Shown: positions 13,501 through 28,875 of the stretch, piece by piece
Layout of the letters: every line of letters begins with the position of its first letter
How positions within the stretch are numbered: the stretch's first letter is position 1
Source: Trichoplax adhaerens
Taxonomy: Eukaryota; Animalia; Placozoa
NCBI RefSeq assembly: GCF_000150275.1
Contig: NW_002060954.1
Span: 1,860,001-1,924,000, forward strand
Reading direction: 5' to 3'
DNA: 64,000 nucleotides
The notes under the pieces: model-generated
Seen by the model: the letters and a program-made list of their open reading frames with translations, nothing else
Databases searched by the model: none
Told to the model about the DNA's origin: nothing
Made by a program: the position numbers and the translations under genes

Positions 13501-16500
13501 TAATGGCCTACCTAGTGATAATGAATCTTCTAGATGTGATCTAAAGTATTTATGATTGAGGAATGTAATCATTAAGTCACTATTTGCTTCGCGATTTTTA
13601 ACCCATATCTTGCCTTGACCTTGTGGATCAATCAGTAACGGATAGCGTGTTGCTTTCGTTACTATAATACCATTTTGAATCGAGAGATCATCATTTGGTA
13701 AACCTTGTATTAACCATTCACTAACTTCGGTATTATCTACAAGCATTCCTGATATATTTAGGTTAAGAGTAAATGGAATCTTCTTAATTCTCATTTCGCG
13801 CTGCCAATTACGCGATAAGATACTTCTAAATTCTTGATTGAATGGACCCGCATAGGAGAGAAACGCTGTGCATAATAAGACGTCTCCAACTAAACGACCA
13901 ATTTCAGATTCAAATTCTTTACTTTGTTGTGTCCAACGTTGGCGTTCACCAGCTAAACCTTCAATTAATGCTGTAGCAGCTTGCATTTTACGACGACAAG
14001 TCTCAGCATCGTTAATTAAATCTTGCTTTTCTTTGACTGCTGCTTCGTATAGCGCTTGAACTTCATCTAATTCACGTTGTTTTTCGTCGAGATCAGATTG
14101 GGCTTTTTGTAGATCTTGCATAGCTGAATCATAGCGAGCTTGTTGGATAATTAAATTAGCTTTCAATGGTAGAACCTCCTTATTAATGCCAAAAAAGTAT
14201 GCCATAGCTTTTGTCCACGAACATAAGCCAGCAACATCGCCACAGACACGTTTAGCATTATCGTTATTATAATCATCCTGAGTAATGTATGGCTCTAATA
14301 ATTCAACGGTTTCTTCGTTAATACTATCTTTAGGAAAATTTTGTAATCCGCTTAAAAAGCTGCTGCCACCCATTAATTTCAAGGATTCAGCCCATGATGG
14401 TTTGGTAAATTGTGGTCGGTCCAGATCAACATGAACTTTATCCATGGAACGCATAAATAAGAGCAAAACACAATCCATAATACGCATAATTAAATGAGGC
14501 GGTTTCTGTAATTTTCGAACTGTTGCAATATGGCTTGGCTTGATAGTTTGCAATGCTGCTTCTGCTTCTTCCAATGCCGGTCTTGCAGCCTCTAATTTAG
14601 CTTCAGCTATATTTTTATCCTTTTCAATGGTATCGACAATAGCTTGAGCTTTGTCTTTTACTTTTTGCACTTGAGTTTTAACTTTTTCAGCCGCGTGAGC
14701 ACTGGCTGTTACTTCCTTTAATACATCATCGGCTTTCTCGGATGCAATAGCTAATTCTTTCTCTTTAATTGCCAACTCTTTGGATAAAGAATGGACTGAT
14801 TCACTGGCTTCAAGTAATTTATCCAGACCAACATTCATACGTTTAGCTAATTCCCCAATATCTTTGCGTTTATCATAATAAACAATCTTGTAACTGTTAA
14901 TAAATGATAGGTAAGATTTTGGAGTAACGTGCGTTGCACGTCGATAACGTTGGAAATAATCAGTACAACTTTCAGCTACGCCATCATGAAAGACACCCAT
15001 GGCTTGAACAACTTGACGCTTAACTTCCGATGTGCATGATATATCGAATGACGATAAATAATGATCAGCAACAGCAATTAAAGCATCTTTTGGCCAACGA
15101 CTAAACCAATCCATGGTACAGCCACTAATAAGGCCAGGGAATTTTAATGTTCTGGTGCGGAATTTATCACCAACAGGTGAAAAGCATAAGACAACATGTA
15201 AATTATGCTTAGCGCGTGTTAAGAAGTAATCATATAGATTTTCTGGTGTAGGAGGACGTCGTGGATATTCTTTCTTCATAACTGGTATAAGATCAGTACA
15301 TATTTCATCTAATTCATCACGTGCAAATAAATTGGATAATTCACCCGATGATAGGACATTATTGAGATATTCCAGGAAACTTTCGTCTTTAATGTCTTGA
15401 TCTGTGAAGATAAATGTCGTACCATGTCCTTGGAAGCCAGCAATACGATACAAGACTTTTAAATCGTCGAGGAAATTGTTGGCATTATAGGAGCGTGTTA
15501 AAGTAATTTGGAATGTTTTATATCCGGCAATAAATGAAGCTAAACGTGTTAGACTTTGCTTGCCAGAGCCACCAACACCGACAATAAGTACATTGCCTCG
15601 TGCTGTACGGATAACTCGTGATATTCTCATTAAATGGATCATTGCATCTCGGAAAAATACAAGATCCAATCCAGAGCCACGTATCGTTTCATTATATTGA
15701 ACCATAAACATTCTTAAACGTTCTTCTAGGATTTCAAATGATGGAATTGGTTCATAGATTTTTGGTGCATCTAAATCAGCATCGTCTGGCTCGTCACCAA
15801 GGACTTCAGGGGCATCACGCAAGAAATCGACAAAATAAGGCTCAATGCTAATATCCATATCGAGATCTTCTTCAGCTACACGAATGAGTGTTCTATTAAA
15901 CCAATCTTGATCTTGTGTATTAATAAATCGATCTGAGATAACTCTCTGGCATTCATGCCTCCATAATTGCAATAGTATGCCTTGGCTATTGACAACAGAT
16001 GCAATACTGTTGAGCATTCCTTGCCAAATACGCGATAAATCACGTAAATTAAAGATATAATGAAATTTAGCTGGTGTAGGCAACATTTTCACTTTAGTTA
16101 ATTGCCATAAGCGTCGAGTTACTGTTACTAATTTAGCAGCTAAATCGATAATTTCAGGCTTAAATCCGCGTTCAATGCAAAAATGACCAGTACCGATAAC
16201 ACCGAATATTTTATCGATGGATTGATTGGATGGTAAGGTACTATTAAAAATGCAAAAATGCCGCTTAAGACGGCTAGGGATATCATTACGACCGCCACCA
16301 GGATGAATCATAGCAGCAATAAATTGTAAATCGACAATATTTGTAAAATCTCCCGCTTTTTCAAGGCTATAAAAGCCATTAAATTCGATCAGTTGGCGTA
16401 CAATTTCATTGGTAATTTGATCACCCCATTCATTAATGACAGGCATATTAATATCATCGATAAAAACAGTCATTTTTTTTCCAGCAGGTGGACCAAATGT

Positions 16501-19500
16501 ACTGCCCATACGCTTATCAACATAACTTTCAATGGTACGTTGGAATAGTAATGGTGTTGTTGCTGAAGAAAAATTGAAACTTTTGCTTAAATGCTTTTCT
16601 GGATCATATCGTGACATATAACTTTTCACCATAACGGTCTTTGCAGTACCTTGTTCGCCGATTAATAATACTGCTATATTTTGTTTTGCAATCGTTTGTA
16701 TTAAGAAATCGGTCCTAACATTGTCAATGTTGGGAACTAAGATGGATAAATAATCTGGTGTGCGATCTTTTGGATAATGATATTCTTCAACGCGTGTCGA
16801 CCAATGTTGCCATTGACCTTGGCTGTCCACCATATATTCAAATATTGTTTCATGGTTATCCTCATCAGCTGGGGGTAAACTTAATTTACCTTGCTCTTTC
16901 ATGAAGGTTTCCAATTTAGCACGATGATCTAATTCAAGTAAGGCACCTAAACTCCACATAATGGCAAAGGTATATAGATGCTCTAATTGTAACGGTGATA
17001 CATTACCGACATCATCTTTGTCTGGTATTAATCCATCGAGTAATCGTATGGCTTGAAAGATGTAATTGCATTCTAAGACATTCATCTTAGCTTCTAAATT
17101 TTGATTGACAAATTGATATATTTCAGCAAATGTATGGGAGAATAGACTGCGTAATGTTTCAGCTTCCTGTGGTGTTCGACTTTTAAGCCAACCTTCTAAA
17201 ATAGGATTCCAATCAAGACCCGATGAACTCATGTAGACCATACCATTGCGCGATACTGTCGCTGGAGAAGCATTGTCGATATTGTGAGGCTCAAAGATAA
17301 TTTTACAGTTTGGCGACATTGGTATGCGATCACCATTAGCTAATGTTAAAGTTTTGTTATCATCTAAGACACTATTTAAATTTTCAATCCATATAGCATC
17401 AACAGGCCCATCTAATACCAGCCAGATATGTTCACCTTTGCGGGTACGCAATGTTTTCCTCCATAATGTTGAAAAGATACCGTCAGTCCAATCATTGGTT
17501 GCAACATCTAAACGTCCAAACATTTGCGATGCTGTAATAGCTTTAGGATTCATTCTCATTTCACGATGTGGTTGGCCACATTCAGTCATTGCTTTCATTA
17601 ACGTATGAATACAGCAGGTTTTACCAGCACCACTAGGACCTAATGCCATCATACCATGGCGTACTTTTTGAGTTTCGAAAAGCTGAATTAATTTCAATTT
17701 CCATGATGGATGACTTATTAAGCCAGATAATTCAACTTGGTTATCAATAGCTGATTCTAATTCTGGATAACCAGCTTTATCCAGATTAATACCTGGGAAT
17801 AAATCGTTAATCAAGCTTAAAAACAGTGGCTCATCTTCATCGACTAATTTGGATAAATTCATATCACGTAAAACACGCATCACAGTTGTGCTTTCGCCAT
17901 CATGTGGATTAGATCGTTTAGCAGCGCCAAGTGTACGCAATACTGACAGAATATTTCGTAGGCCAAAATCGTAATGGACTTGCTTGGTTAACTGTTCTTC
18001 GCATAATTTATATAAGGTATAAAATTTTCGCGCTAAATTAACATTATCCAAGAAGCCACAACTAGCTAATTTAACACGGATGATAATTTGGCGATCAGGT
18101 ACCATCATAGCCACTGTTCTAAAGTTGATTTTTAAATTTTCAGGTAGCTCTTGACGCCCAGCATAGCCTGGATTCATGGTTAAGAAAATACCAAATTCTG
18201 GACTTAAATCAACATTATCACCATCGGTAAAGATGAAATGTTTCCTTCTCTCTTTTTTGCTTGTTAATACCACTGATATTTGCTGAGCTGCAACGGATAA
18301 AACAGGTAAATCGATACGATTGAATTCATCGAAACAGCCCCAACTACCGGATTGGGCTAAACCTTTAAATATACGACCTAGACCACGATAATCCATTTGA
18401 TCGGAGCAGTTGAATACGACGACATATTTTCCTAATGCTTTACCCATATCTTTGGTTGTTTCAGTTTTACCAGTACCTGCAGGGCCAGCTGGTGCACCAC
18501 CTAATGACATTCCTAAAGCTTGTGATAATGTAATATAGCAACGATCTGTTAAAGGTGTAATAACCAATCGCTCTGTACAACCGAGATATTCATTTTGATA
18601 TTGAAAATCAACATCAGTAATAGAGATGATGCATTTATCGAGATCCTCATTGAAATAAAATCGAGACTGCTTGAGCCATTCAAAATCAGAAGGTGAACGA
18701 ATATGCTGGCGTACTAAATCGTCAAAGATATCACGCTGATGGACATGGATAGTAATTAATGTCTCATACTTGGTACGTTCCATTTTGCTCATGTCTTTTG
18801 TGGTCATATCGATTAATACGTTTAGAATACTTATGAAATTTTGATTGGTTTCTCCCATAATTCTACGATCTTGTTTGGCATTTCTTAGCGCATCTTGAGC
18901 GTCTCTCGTCCAGATCATTTGTAATCCAAGTAAACCAATCTGTTAAATTGGTAAAATAAAATTCGATCAGATATCGTACCACTTAAAAACGGTAAATTTT
19001 CATGTTAACCAGTTACGGAATCCACTATTATCAATATCGTATATTTCGAATCACATTCATTAAATTGATGACCACTATTTAAATCATAACTTCATTATTA
19101 CACTTTAATTATTACGAAGTACTTCACCTGAGCTGGAAAGATATTTAAAAATTCAATCAAGTTGAAGTTTTGATCATTAATGGCTACATGAGCTTGACGA
19201 ATGATACCATGAACTGAACGATGGACTGTATTTAGTAAATTGGTCAACCATAATTCAACACTTCCTTGAGCAACAACACTTTTATCGAGCTCGATCGATT
19301 CCCCTTCGCGAGATGATACCGATAGAATGCGATCGTAATCTTTCTCGTGAAATTGAACACTCTTAACATTATCAAAGATTCCTAGGAGGTGAGCTTGTAT
19401 AGTATGGGAATCACTTGCTTGACCAAGAATTTCTAATAATGCCGGATCGGATACGAAGAAAAAGCGAGGAAAGACCAATCTTTTCTTTTCAAGGTACCTG

Positions 19501-22500
19501 TAATTATGATAATTCCAAAAATTAAGGCCTGAAATATTGAGTGATATTTGTGGCTTTTGATACCTTATTAACGTGTGATTAAATCAAGTAAATAATCTTT
19601 CATTTTTACGGCCTTATTAATATAGCTATTAGGCTTTAATCCTACTATATCAATCTCAGTCTTATTATCATTTATCATTAAATTAGTATCAGTAGTAAAT
19701 ACCCGCTCAAGGATTTTTGACATAATTCTAGTTGCTCTTGTAAATGAGGCAACAATTGACCAAGGGTCTCGTCACCAACACAACAAACAACAACATTGAC
19801 ATTTTCGTGAGCTCGAGTCATAATTTTAACCCATGATTTATCGATATTTTGAAATCGCTTTGCCTCCTATATTGTCATCAAGTATATGAAAGAATATTAT
19901 CATATTAATTACCTTATATAAAGTAAAAATCATATACGATTTTACTCTTCATAATAAGTGCCGGTAGTGCATGGAAATCATTAGACGTACCAGAAAGGTA
20001 GCTTAAAAGTTAAATACTATCATTACTATAGCTGACCTTGGGTAGCTGCTTAGCAATATCACCACCAACAAATACTGCTTCTAAATAGATCCACAAATTT
20101 TGTACTTGCAACCAATCTTCGATAATATCAGTTGTATTTGATAATTTTTGTACCCATGACTGAATATCTTTCTTAAACGGTGCATTATAGCTATAGAACA
20201 TATATATTTCATTTAGTTATTTTCCTTTTACCGCTAATTAAAGTTAACAATATTTTGCTCACCGGTTACTCATAAGGGAGCCTAGGATCATTAAGCTATC
20301 TTCCATGAGGGAAACAATTTCTGATGTATGATCACCACGAAGTAATAGCTCACCACGACTTTTAAAGGTAGAGAACTTCAGCTCTTGAGTACTCCATTCG
20401 TTAACGATAAGTTTTAATTTAGCTTCTATATCTTTCTCTTTTGTAGCCGAAATACAAATATCCTGTTAAAGATCAAATCAAATCATTAAAATTTGCACTA
20501 TTTGATTATGAGTCCTAGATCGTAATAATTAATATTCTTTATTTTACGGATGAACTTCAAATAATTTTCAAATTATTTGATTGAAAAATACAAATACGCG
20601 ACTTTATTTTAATTCTCTACCTCAATGTCTTCCTTATGTTCCAGCAATGGTGCTTCCATAATGTTCCGTAATAAGAATGTGTCTGAATCGACATCGAAGA
20701 CATGATTAGTTAATTGTGCAATTCTATCCCAATGACGCCTTTTCATGGCTCTATTGGTCATTAATTCAAGTAATGGACAGCTTTCATTAAAATCATCAAT
20801 TTTCTTCCTTAAATCATTGTATGCTGGCCAATCCTTTAAGGCTCTGGGCAATCGTCGGCATCTAATATTATTATCAAACGATATTATTAAACCAAAACTT
20901 ATAAAGTTTTCAATCAGGTTTAATGAAACTTTCTCATTTAAGCATCGATATTTATCTTTGCCGCTAATTTAAATTTATTACTAACCTATTTTGAAATTCT
21001 TGTAATTCAATATTGATTTTTTCTATGTTAACATCGGCCCATGGTATATCATAATAGCCATTAATGGTGTCAATAACATCATTATATAGGCTATATAATT
21101 TCTGTAAAAGATAAAGTTCTTTCTTGATTTGTAATAAGTCTGGATACTCGGTAACTGGTAATCCAAATAATTCTTCGCCACCGCTGTATGTCACAAATTT
21201 GCGCCATAATGTATCGAAACGATTCTATCAGGAAAAGTAAAATTAGAGGATACCGTAGCTTTTATTTTTTTCGAAGGACTTCGCTGATAGCTTAGATGTC
21301 TATATATCACGTAAAATGTTAAAAATAACTCACTTGGAAGATAATTAATCGATCACTAGCTTCACCTGGTGGTATACCGACAACCATAGGACCGGTCTAA
21401 ATAGTAAATGAAGTCGTTACACGATCAATAAACGACAATCATTATATCTGTAAGCAGTTTTGAAAAATCTACCGACTAGAGTTGTAGCAATAAGTTCATT
21501 GCCTGACTTACAAGTCTAAATTCATCAACAAATTTGTTTGTATCTAAAGCGTAAACTTCAACATTAGTTAATAATCTGGCTTTAAACTCAGGTTGAATAA
21601 CAATTAATTGAGTCTGAATCTCCGCCGCCAGTGTTAATAATCTTTCCCATGAATACCGCAAGGTATCAACTCTTTCTGCTTCATCTTTTTCAACTAACAA
21701 TTGATATTTATGCAACATAGCGTATGATTCCTATAAATAATAAGAAAAAAAGTTATTGATGTTTTCAAATTTTGGCCTGCCTTTATTTACTTGATAGGCA
21801 TCCAAGTCTAAGTTACTAGAACATATGCATAAGTAAATATTCAAAAATTGACTCCATAATCTTTGACTACCGGTACTTTGATATATACGGGTTTTAGTGT
21901 TGATAGTAGTTAAGGTAATTAAGTATGCTCGTATGTCTACATTAATGAAATAAAAAAGTACAAAAACGTTAAAATCTTACCTCAATTGGTGGAATCGACA
22001 TATCGATTCTAATTTCTGAATTTCGAATCTCTTTTAATGCAGCCATAGCATTACGTACATCTTCTAAATCTTTTATTGGGCGACTTAGTCGCTTAGTTAA
22101 ATCATCGATGAACATAAATATATCTTCCATTTCAGTACGATATTTTAAGTTGGCACGACGACCTAGTAACATTTTCCATGCTTTGGTTTCTGAAGTTAAT
22201 GATAGCTTTAACGTATCTAAAATGAATGATAATAAAAGGAAAAGTTATATATTTTTATTTTTGTTTATAATTTCAAGCGTACAATAATTCTATCATCTAG
22301 AAGTGTATTTGCTTATCATTAAATCTTTTAACGGTAGGGTAAAGAGTAAATACAGTCTAAATACACCGGCACGTATATCGACTATTATATTACCAGTAAC
22401 AAGAGCAATTGCGCCAACATTATATGATTCAGGCAAACCAACGATTTCCTTTTCCATTCGTTGATAGTATAATATCTCAGCTTCAAATTCAGTTAAATTA

Positions 22501-25500
22501 GGATTGCCTTCAATGAATTCTTTAATGGCTTCTTCACGATCTTTTTGCCACAATGTTTCATAGCAGTAAAATGCTTCTAAAGCAGTAGTAATATCTTTCT
22601 TGGTGGACATAATTGCAGTCGACAGCATGGATACTTGCTTAGCGATATCTTTATTTTCAGCAATATTTTTATAGTAATTCTTTTTCGGCTCGATTGTACT
22701 ACCTAATGTCATAGTATCGCCGGCTCCTTCACCTTGATTATTTTTACTACCACGGCTACGAATTGCCGATATATCAGTGCGACTATCATCACTAGCAGCA
22801 TTGCTAACCGAGCGACTTCTCATAGCTTGTGATTCGTATATACCACTTTTATCGTGATCTCGATCGATTAATATCCGCCGTCTTTCCTGTCCCCACTGGG
22901 AAACATTGCGAGATACAGACAAGACATGGTGGCATGCACGATTAACTGCTTGTTGTACTTCTTCTAGTGTTGGTTGCATAACAACATTAGGAATAGATAG
23001 CACAGCTTTGACCCGGAAACATGGCACTTTCTCATTTCTTCTGACTTCATATGAGGTTGCACTTAATGATCTCTTAACATCTCCACGATCAATATAGCTA
23101 CGTGTACTAATGGTAACTCTTCGCTTAATGGCATCTAAGATAGAGCGTGTAACTTGTAATAAAGCATTTAAATTACTTTGATTAAAATGAGAGATTAACT
23201 CTTGTGCAGCCATTTTTAAATTGTCACGCATTTCCTTGCGACGCTGTATAGCTCGACCAGCTGCCGTTATAGGTGAACCAATTTTACTATTAGAGCGCAA
23301 ACTTGGTGTATCTGGAGCTTCTATATCACTATCTTGTGCAGCAGTATCTGGTTTATCACTAAAACTGGATTCTGCTCTCTCTAATTCCAATTCTTTGACC
23401 TCATCATCTTCATCGGGTACCCACAACATATCGACCAATTCATTAGCAGCTTCTTCTACTTGTGCACTTTTAGCTTCTAACAGAGCAGCACCTCGATTGC
23501 ATAATGCCTGAGAGTATTGAAATCAAAATTAGTTTTCATTTCTCCTTATATAATGTTGAAATAATTGCTACGATTTTTGCGAGTTCATCAACGACAATAA
23601 TTGATTTCAATTTTCAAGCCAATACTGAAATAACTTGACAGTATGACTAGTAACGGACATATTGCTAAAATGCAAAATGGCCAAGTCAAAGCATATAAAC
23701 CTACTTGCGTTTTTTCAACAAACTCTGCGATTGACCATGGCTCATCTTCGGGCAATTCACATAATTGGACATTACTCATATCGGTAAGTAGCGCTTGAAT
23801 ACGGCATTTGACCAAGTCGTTTGCACGATCAATTAATAATTCTAACTCTTGAAGTTTTTCTTGCACTTGCTTAACATAAGACATTAAATTCATCGACGTC
23901 CATGTTAGCATGGATAGTCCTGGCTCAAGTGCAGCATCAATCGTAGCCAAGTGAGGCATTAACAATGTTTCGAAGTTAGATGGAATTTTCGATCTTACTC
24001 GCTTATTCTCAGAAAGGAGGAGCTGAAATGAAGATAATATTTAGAGGATAAGAAATTTTAAACAGTTCTTAGAGCTGTAGCAATAACAAGTTTGATTATC
24101 CATCCGAAATGAAATTCTGCATAGTAAAATTGTAATCAACTAGTAGTAAATCTATTCTCAAACTTCAAATAAATACTTAGAGCCTAACCTCTAAGATATG
24201 ATAGCTTTCTTTTAATGATGCTTGGCGTTCCTTAAGAGAAGCAGCGACCTCCGGAATTTCTAATTCTAAACGTCCAATGCAATCCGTTTCTCGAATTAAC
24301 GTTAAAATTTGCGGATCGAAATTAACAAATAATTCTCCAGTATCAGGATGGCGGACTAACAACGATGCATGCAAGCCACTCTTGGCAGCTTCGATCTAGA
24401 AGATGTTTAGGAAGCATTTGAATAAACGAGTAGATACTAGCAAATAAAATAATCTTGAAGACTATATGATTTTATCCTATCTACGGTCATACTAATATCT
24501 CCTGACTTTAAAATCTATTCAACTAAAGCTATTAGAATTGGGTTAAGCATAGCATAGACACGGGCTGTTAGAATAGGCCGATATCATTTAGAAGTCTGTA
24601 ATGAACTACTACTAATTTTGCGAGATAGGCGTAGAATTTACTACAAACCATTACCTGCTTATGCCATCCGTGGTAGTAAATCATTTCATATTCTAATAGG
24701 ACTTTTGCTACCTTATTATAATTTTTAATAATTCTCTTTGCTTCTTGACTTTGCAGAATGCGAGGGAATGTCTTAAACACCGACATTGGATCCTGTATGC
24801 GACGATATAACTGCCTTACCCATGCAATTTTACCAGCAATAGGTGGCAAATCACGTCCAACTGGAGGGTCAGCTTTATGTTTTTGATAGAGTTTTTGCGT
24901 TGCCTCGACATCACGACCGAAATGGAAGAAAATTTTCTCATATTTTTCTTCAATATCCAGATTTGGCAATCCCAATCTAGTCATTCAATACATAATATCG
25001 ACACCATTCACTACAATTATTACAGTTAACAGACTACAAAATGATATCAGAAATGCAGCAGCAACCCTATGCTCAAAGCTAATAGGAATTTTATCACTGA
25101 TGGCCCGAATTCTATTTTTAATAGACTAACGATCTGTATACGCATATATCAAAACAGCGATTTAAGTAAGATACATACGCTTCTAGTTTCTTCATCAAGT
25201 ATAAAGCTCGTTGTGTGTTATGAATTTTATCAAAGCTTTGATCCATAAACAACTTGATTTGCGATTCTAAATCATGGATTTGTCGTTTAAATTCTTCGAA
25301 ATCGGAATCATAATCCATTTTACGCTGATCGAGGATATCATAAGGTTTTTTCTTCATCGTGGTTAAAATGACCTGAAATTTTGCTGCCATATTTTCCATT
25401 CCTTCAATTTTCGATGTTGATAGACATTGATATTGCTCGATAATATTCATCATTTCAATAATTTTCTTTAAGCGACGTGTAAAAGTATCAAATTTGCCAA

Positions 25501-28500
25501 AAATGTACATTTCACTAAATTCGAATTGTCTTTCATTCGGTATCTCTTCAAGACGTTGTTTAGCCCTTTGAAAAGAACGCTGGTATTCTTCATTTAATCG
25601 GATGCATGCATTTAATTTTTCAATCAAATCTGGACGTTCTTGGTCCCAAATTTTGGCAGAGCCATTATTAGTAATGTAGGCACGACATGCGGTAATCATT
25701 TGATTTGTTACCTAGAAGAAAGTTTAACATGATTATGGTTAGTGTTATGGATATAATGATATACGCGTGGCATCCAATAGACTCTGTAAAATTCAATGTC
25801 AATAAATAACACATTTAGCTAGTCGAATTTACCTTAACAAATAACGATGTCATCCTTTCTGATGTGTTATAGTAGCGTGAAATACTATGAATCATTCGAA
25901 TAGCATTGATAAGTCCAGGCACAGCATCCACCATTGCCACCTAGAATAAAACCATATTTATCAAATCATTATGTCAAAGTCGTCGATGGACTATTTGCGC
26001 AGAAAGGATCGAACAATTTCATGATTGCTTTACTAGATTATGTCGTGAATTTTAGCAGACAATCTATGTGGGTTAAAAGTAACTAACTATTCAGTGTACG
26101 AGGCCTTACCGGATCGCAGCTGTAAAGAGGCTCGCAACTTTTTTCCAGTGTATACAAAAACTTAACGTTATCCTTGGCTTCGTTAGCTGCATCGGTGATA
26201 CGAGTATCTAAATCACGCCATATCTGCGGAAATATTGGTAAGAAAACGATAAGTACTCTATTAGTTACCCCAATAATCATAAAAATTGAAGTAGAGATGA
26301 AGAGTAATGGAGGATTTTCTTTCGATCAGTTCCTTTTAATACTTTATGCAAATAAATTGATCTACCTTTAACAATTTCGATTTTCCAGCATGTAAAACGC
26401 CAATCGCTGCCTTACATTCTACACCTTTAATTTGATCCAAGAGAGAATTAAATCGAGCCATTCTTTTCTTCCAGTGCTCTAATTCTACTTTGGGGCCGAT
26501 ATCATCTGCTTCTTTTCTCATTTGCTCACTTTCGGCCAAGACCTATAGCATCATACGAGATGTTTTAAAAATTTTAGAACTATCTGCCATTGATGATTGA
26601 AAGCAGAAGGAGTGAATTAGAATAGAAAAAGAAGGATAGAACTCCACATGAATTGGTACTTATTTATAATAGGGCTTTTCCTTAACTACCAACCTGTTCA
26701 ATTTGTTTAATCCATACTTGAACATGTATTTCAACAGATTCTAACGTGTCTGATGAATTTGCTGCTGAAACATAATCTGTTGGCTGAGTCATACCAGATA
26801 AATCGACAGTTTCACATTCTTTGAGAACCACTGTGTCCTTTAAGCTAGACTCAGCACCAGCTAAAATATTAACGAAAGAATCTAAACTGACGAGAAATTC
26901 TACACGTCGTTGCCTGGAAGATAAATCTCCCCATTCACATTGATTGGTTAGAGCTGGAATGTAAAGATCCGATAATAATTTTTCGATGGCTTTTAATAGT
27001 CCTCCTTCACGGCAATCAATGGATCCAAAAACGACATCCTAAAGGTGAAAAGGGTAAGGCAACAACATGATTATCACATGGAACAAAATCTATTTTATCA
27101 TTCTTCATGCCAAGTTACAGGTAATCGTAAGCCAATTTTCGTTTGCTACTTAAATTATCGCCTAGAAGAATATGCTGAATCGACTTACTTTGGTAATATT
27201 TTCCATATTAATTGGCTTCGTATTGTCAGGACGGAGAAAGAACATGCATATTCCGCTTAATTTATCATCCTTTCCATTGGTTATATACAATTTATATTTC
27301 GAAGTTTTGATCTTAGTTGCACCACCAGGTCCCAAGCGAACGTATTCAACAGCTGCAGTTATGAAATTGAAGATGAGTATCTCAACAATAATTTCAATAT
27401 TATTCAAGTCTAAGATCGATCATTAAATAAGCGATTGATATTACAGTCTGTAAAATGCTCATTAAGATACCCATTTATTGCTACGTTATAGCATTAGCGA
27501 CCGTAAATATATTGGTAAGTCTATCCTCAATAGATACTGGAAAGTGCGAGCTTCTATCTCTGCTTTATTTTCATTTAGCAATATGAAATTGTGTCATGAA
27601 ACTACTTCATGTCCTACTGCTGTATTATCGAAATGACAATCCCTCATACACAGCTTACTGTGTTAAAGGTATCAAATGCGTTTATAGCTCTAGCATGTAA
27701 CGAATCCTATGCCAGATCTATGGGCAATTTTAATGTCAGCAACATTAAATTACGCTATATTGTAACACTATTCCATGGCCTACCATTATCGCCGTAAGGT
27801 ATAACTAGTTCTTGATAGAAAAATATTAAGTGGGCTGCACCATCAATTTCGAAAAATTTGTCCATTTCAGCAATCTGTAGCGGATAATTTTATAGTTATT
27901 TCACAGTAATTTGAATGAGTCTATTTTCCCTTCAATCTATTGCATATTGTAATTGTGTTATCCATTCTTACCTGGCTTCCTTCCAGTACAGAATCCTCAA
28001 CTTCAGTATAATCAATATTCAGTGCATTAGCTACATTTTGCAATATAAAATCATGCCGCGCATCTAATGATGCTCTCTTTGCTTCCCTCTCTTCTCGTGC
28101 TTTTTGCTGTAGGTTAGATTGATATCATCCCAAAGAAAGAGATAAAGAACCGTTATGAATGATATCGATATAAGATGGCACGATAGTATATTTTTACTAG
28201 AATTTAGCAAAGATTACAGTCTAGATGATATCCAGTTTCTTTCGAAACTAGATACCTTACGTTAAAAATGTTCGTATGGGTAAAAACCAGTGTAGACCAC
28301 ACAAATTGTAAAGTCTAATACAGTATACTGAAAAAGTAGTCAAATATCGAATTTGGATAATGCTCTACGGCTCAAGTTTGTATTTTAATAATCAACTTCC
28401 GACAAGTTAAATTGAAGTATTAGTAGCAATTTTTAATTTTAAAAGTTAACTGTCATCTGCTTTAATGGATAGCTATCAAAATGGTCGATGTCCGTTTATA

Positions 28501-28875
28501 TATATCAAGATGCCTATGTTAATTAATGTTGTTGCGGATATAGTGGACGATATCAATTGATAACGCTGTCTTTCGGCAATTCATGGATAACAATTCGATA
28601 GAGACAGAAGTTGTTGCTTAAAGTATAGAGTCCAACATTGACTGTATCCATATATCAAAGAGTAGTGATAACTTATTGCTATATACCGAAATAGCTACGT
28701 TTAATTTTACCTGTTTGTCTTTAATGGTTTCACCAGTGACCAAGGTATGTTGCTGCAATCTTGGTCTATTTTTTTCTCTGTCTACCATCGCTTGACCTTT
28801 TCTTAAATGTCGATGGCGTTGGCTAGGATTTGTATTCCTGCCAACAATCTTTCTTGATGTATCATCGGTTGGCAT
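10564..28875 (-). CDS. DNAH5: Axonemal outer-arm dynein heavy chain, DNAH5/DNAH8 (gamma-type), ~4,680 aa, 23 coding exons
   Basis: P-loops [24 protein letters not shown] (DNAH5/8-type AAA3) and GVGGSGKQ; C-terminus [14 protein letters not shown]; N-terminal [23 protein letters not shown] resembles DNAH5. First exons 28711-28875, 27972-28106, 27784-27874, 27189-27352, 26694-27038, then 17 more exons down to ~19128. Terminal coding exon 10564-18939. Confidence 0.95.

Noticed and set aside
11048-27426. Antisense/alternate-frame ORFs overlapping the dynein gene
   Set aside because: Codon-bias shadows with no independent signal. The separate minus-strand ORFs are exons of the single dynein gene.
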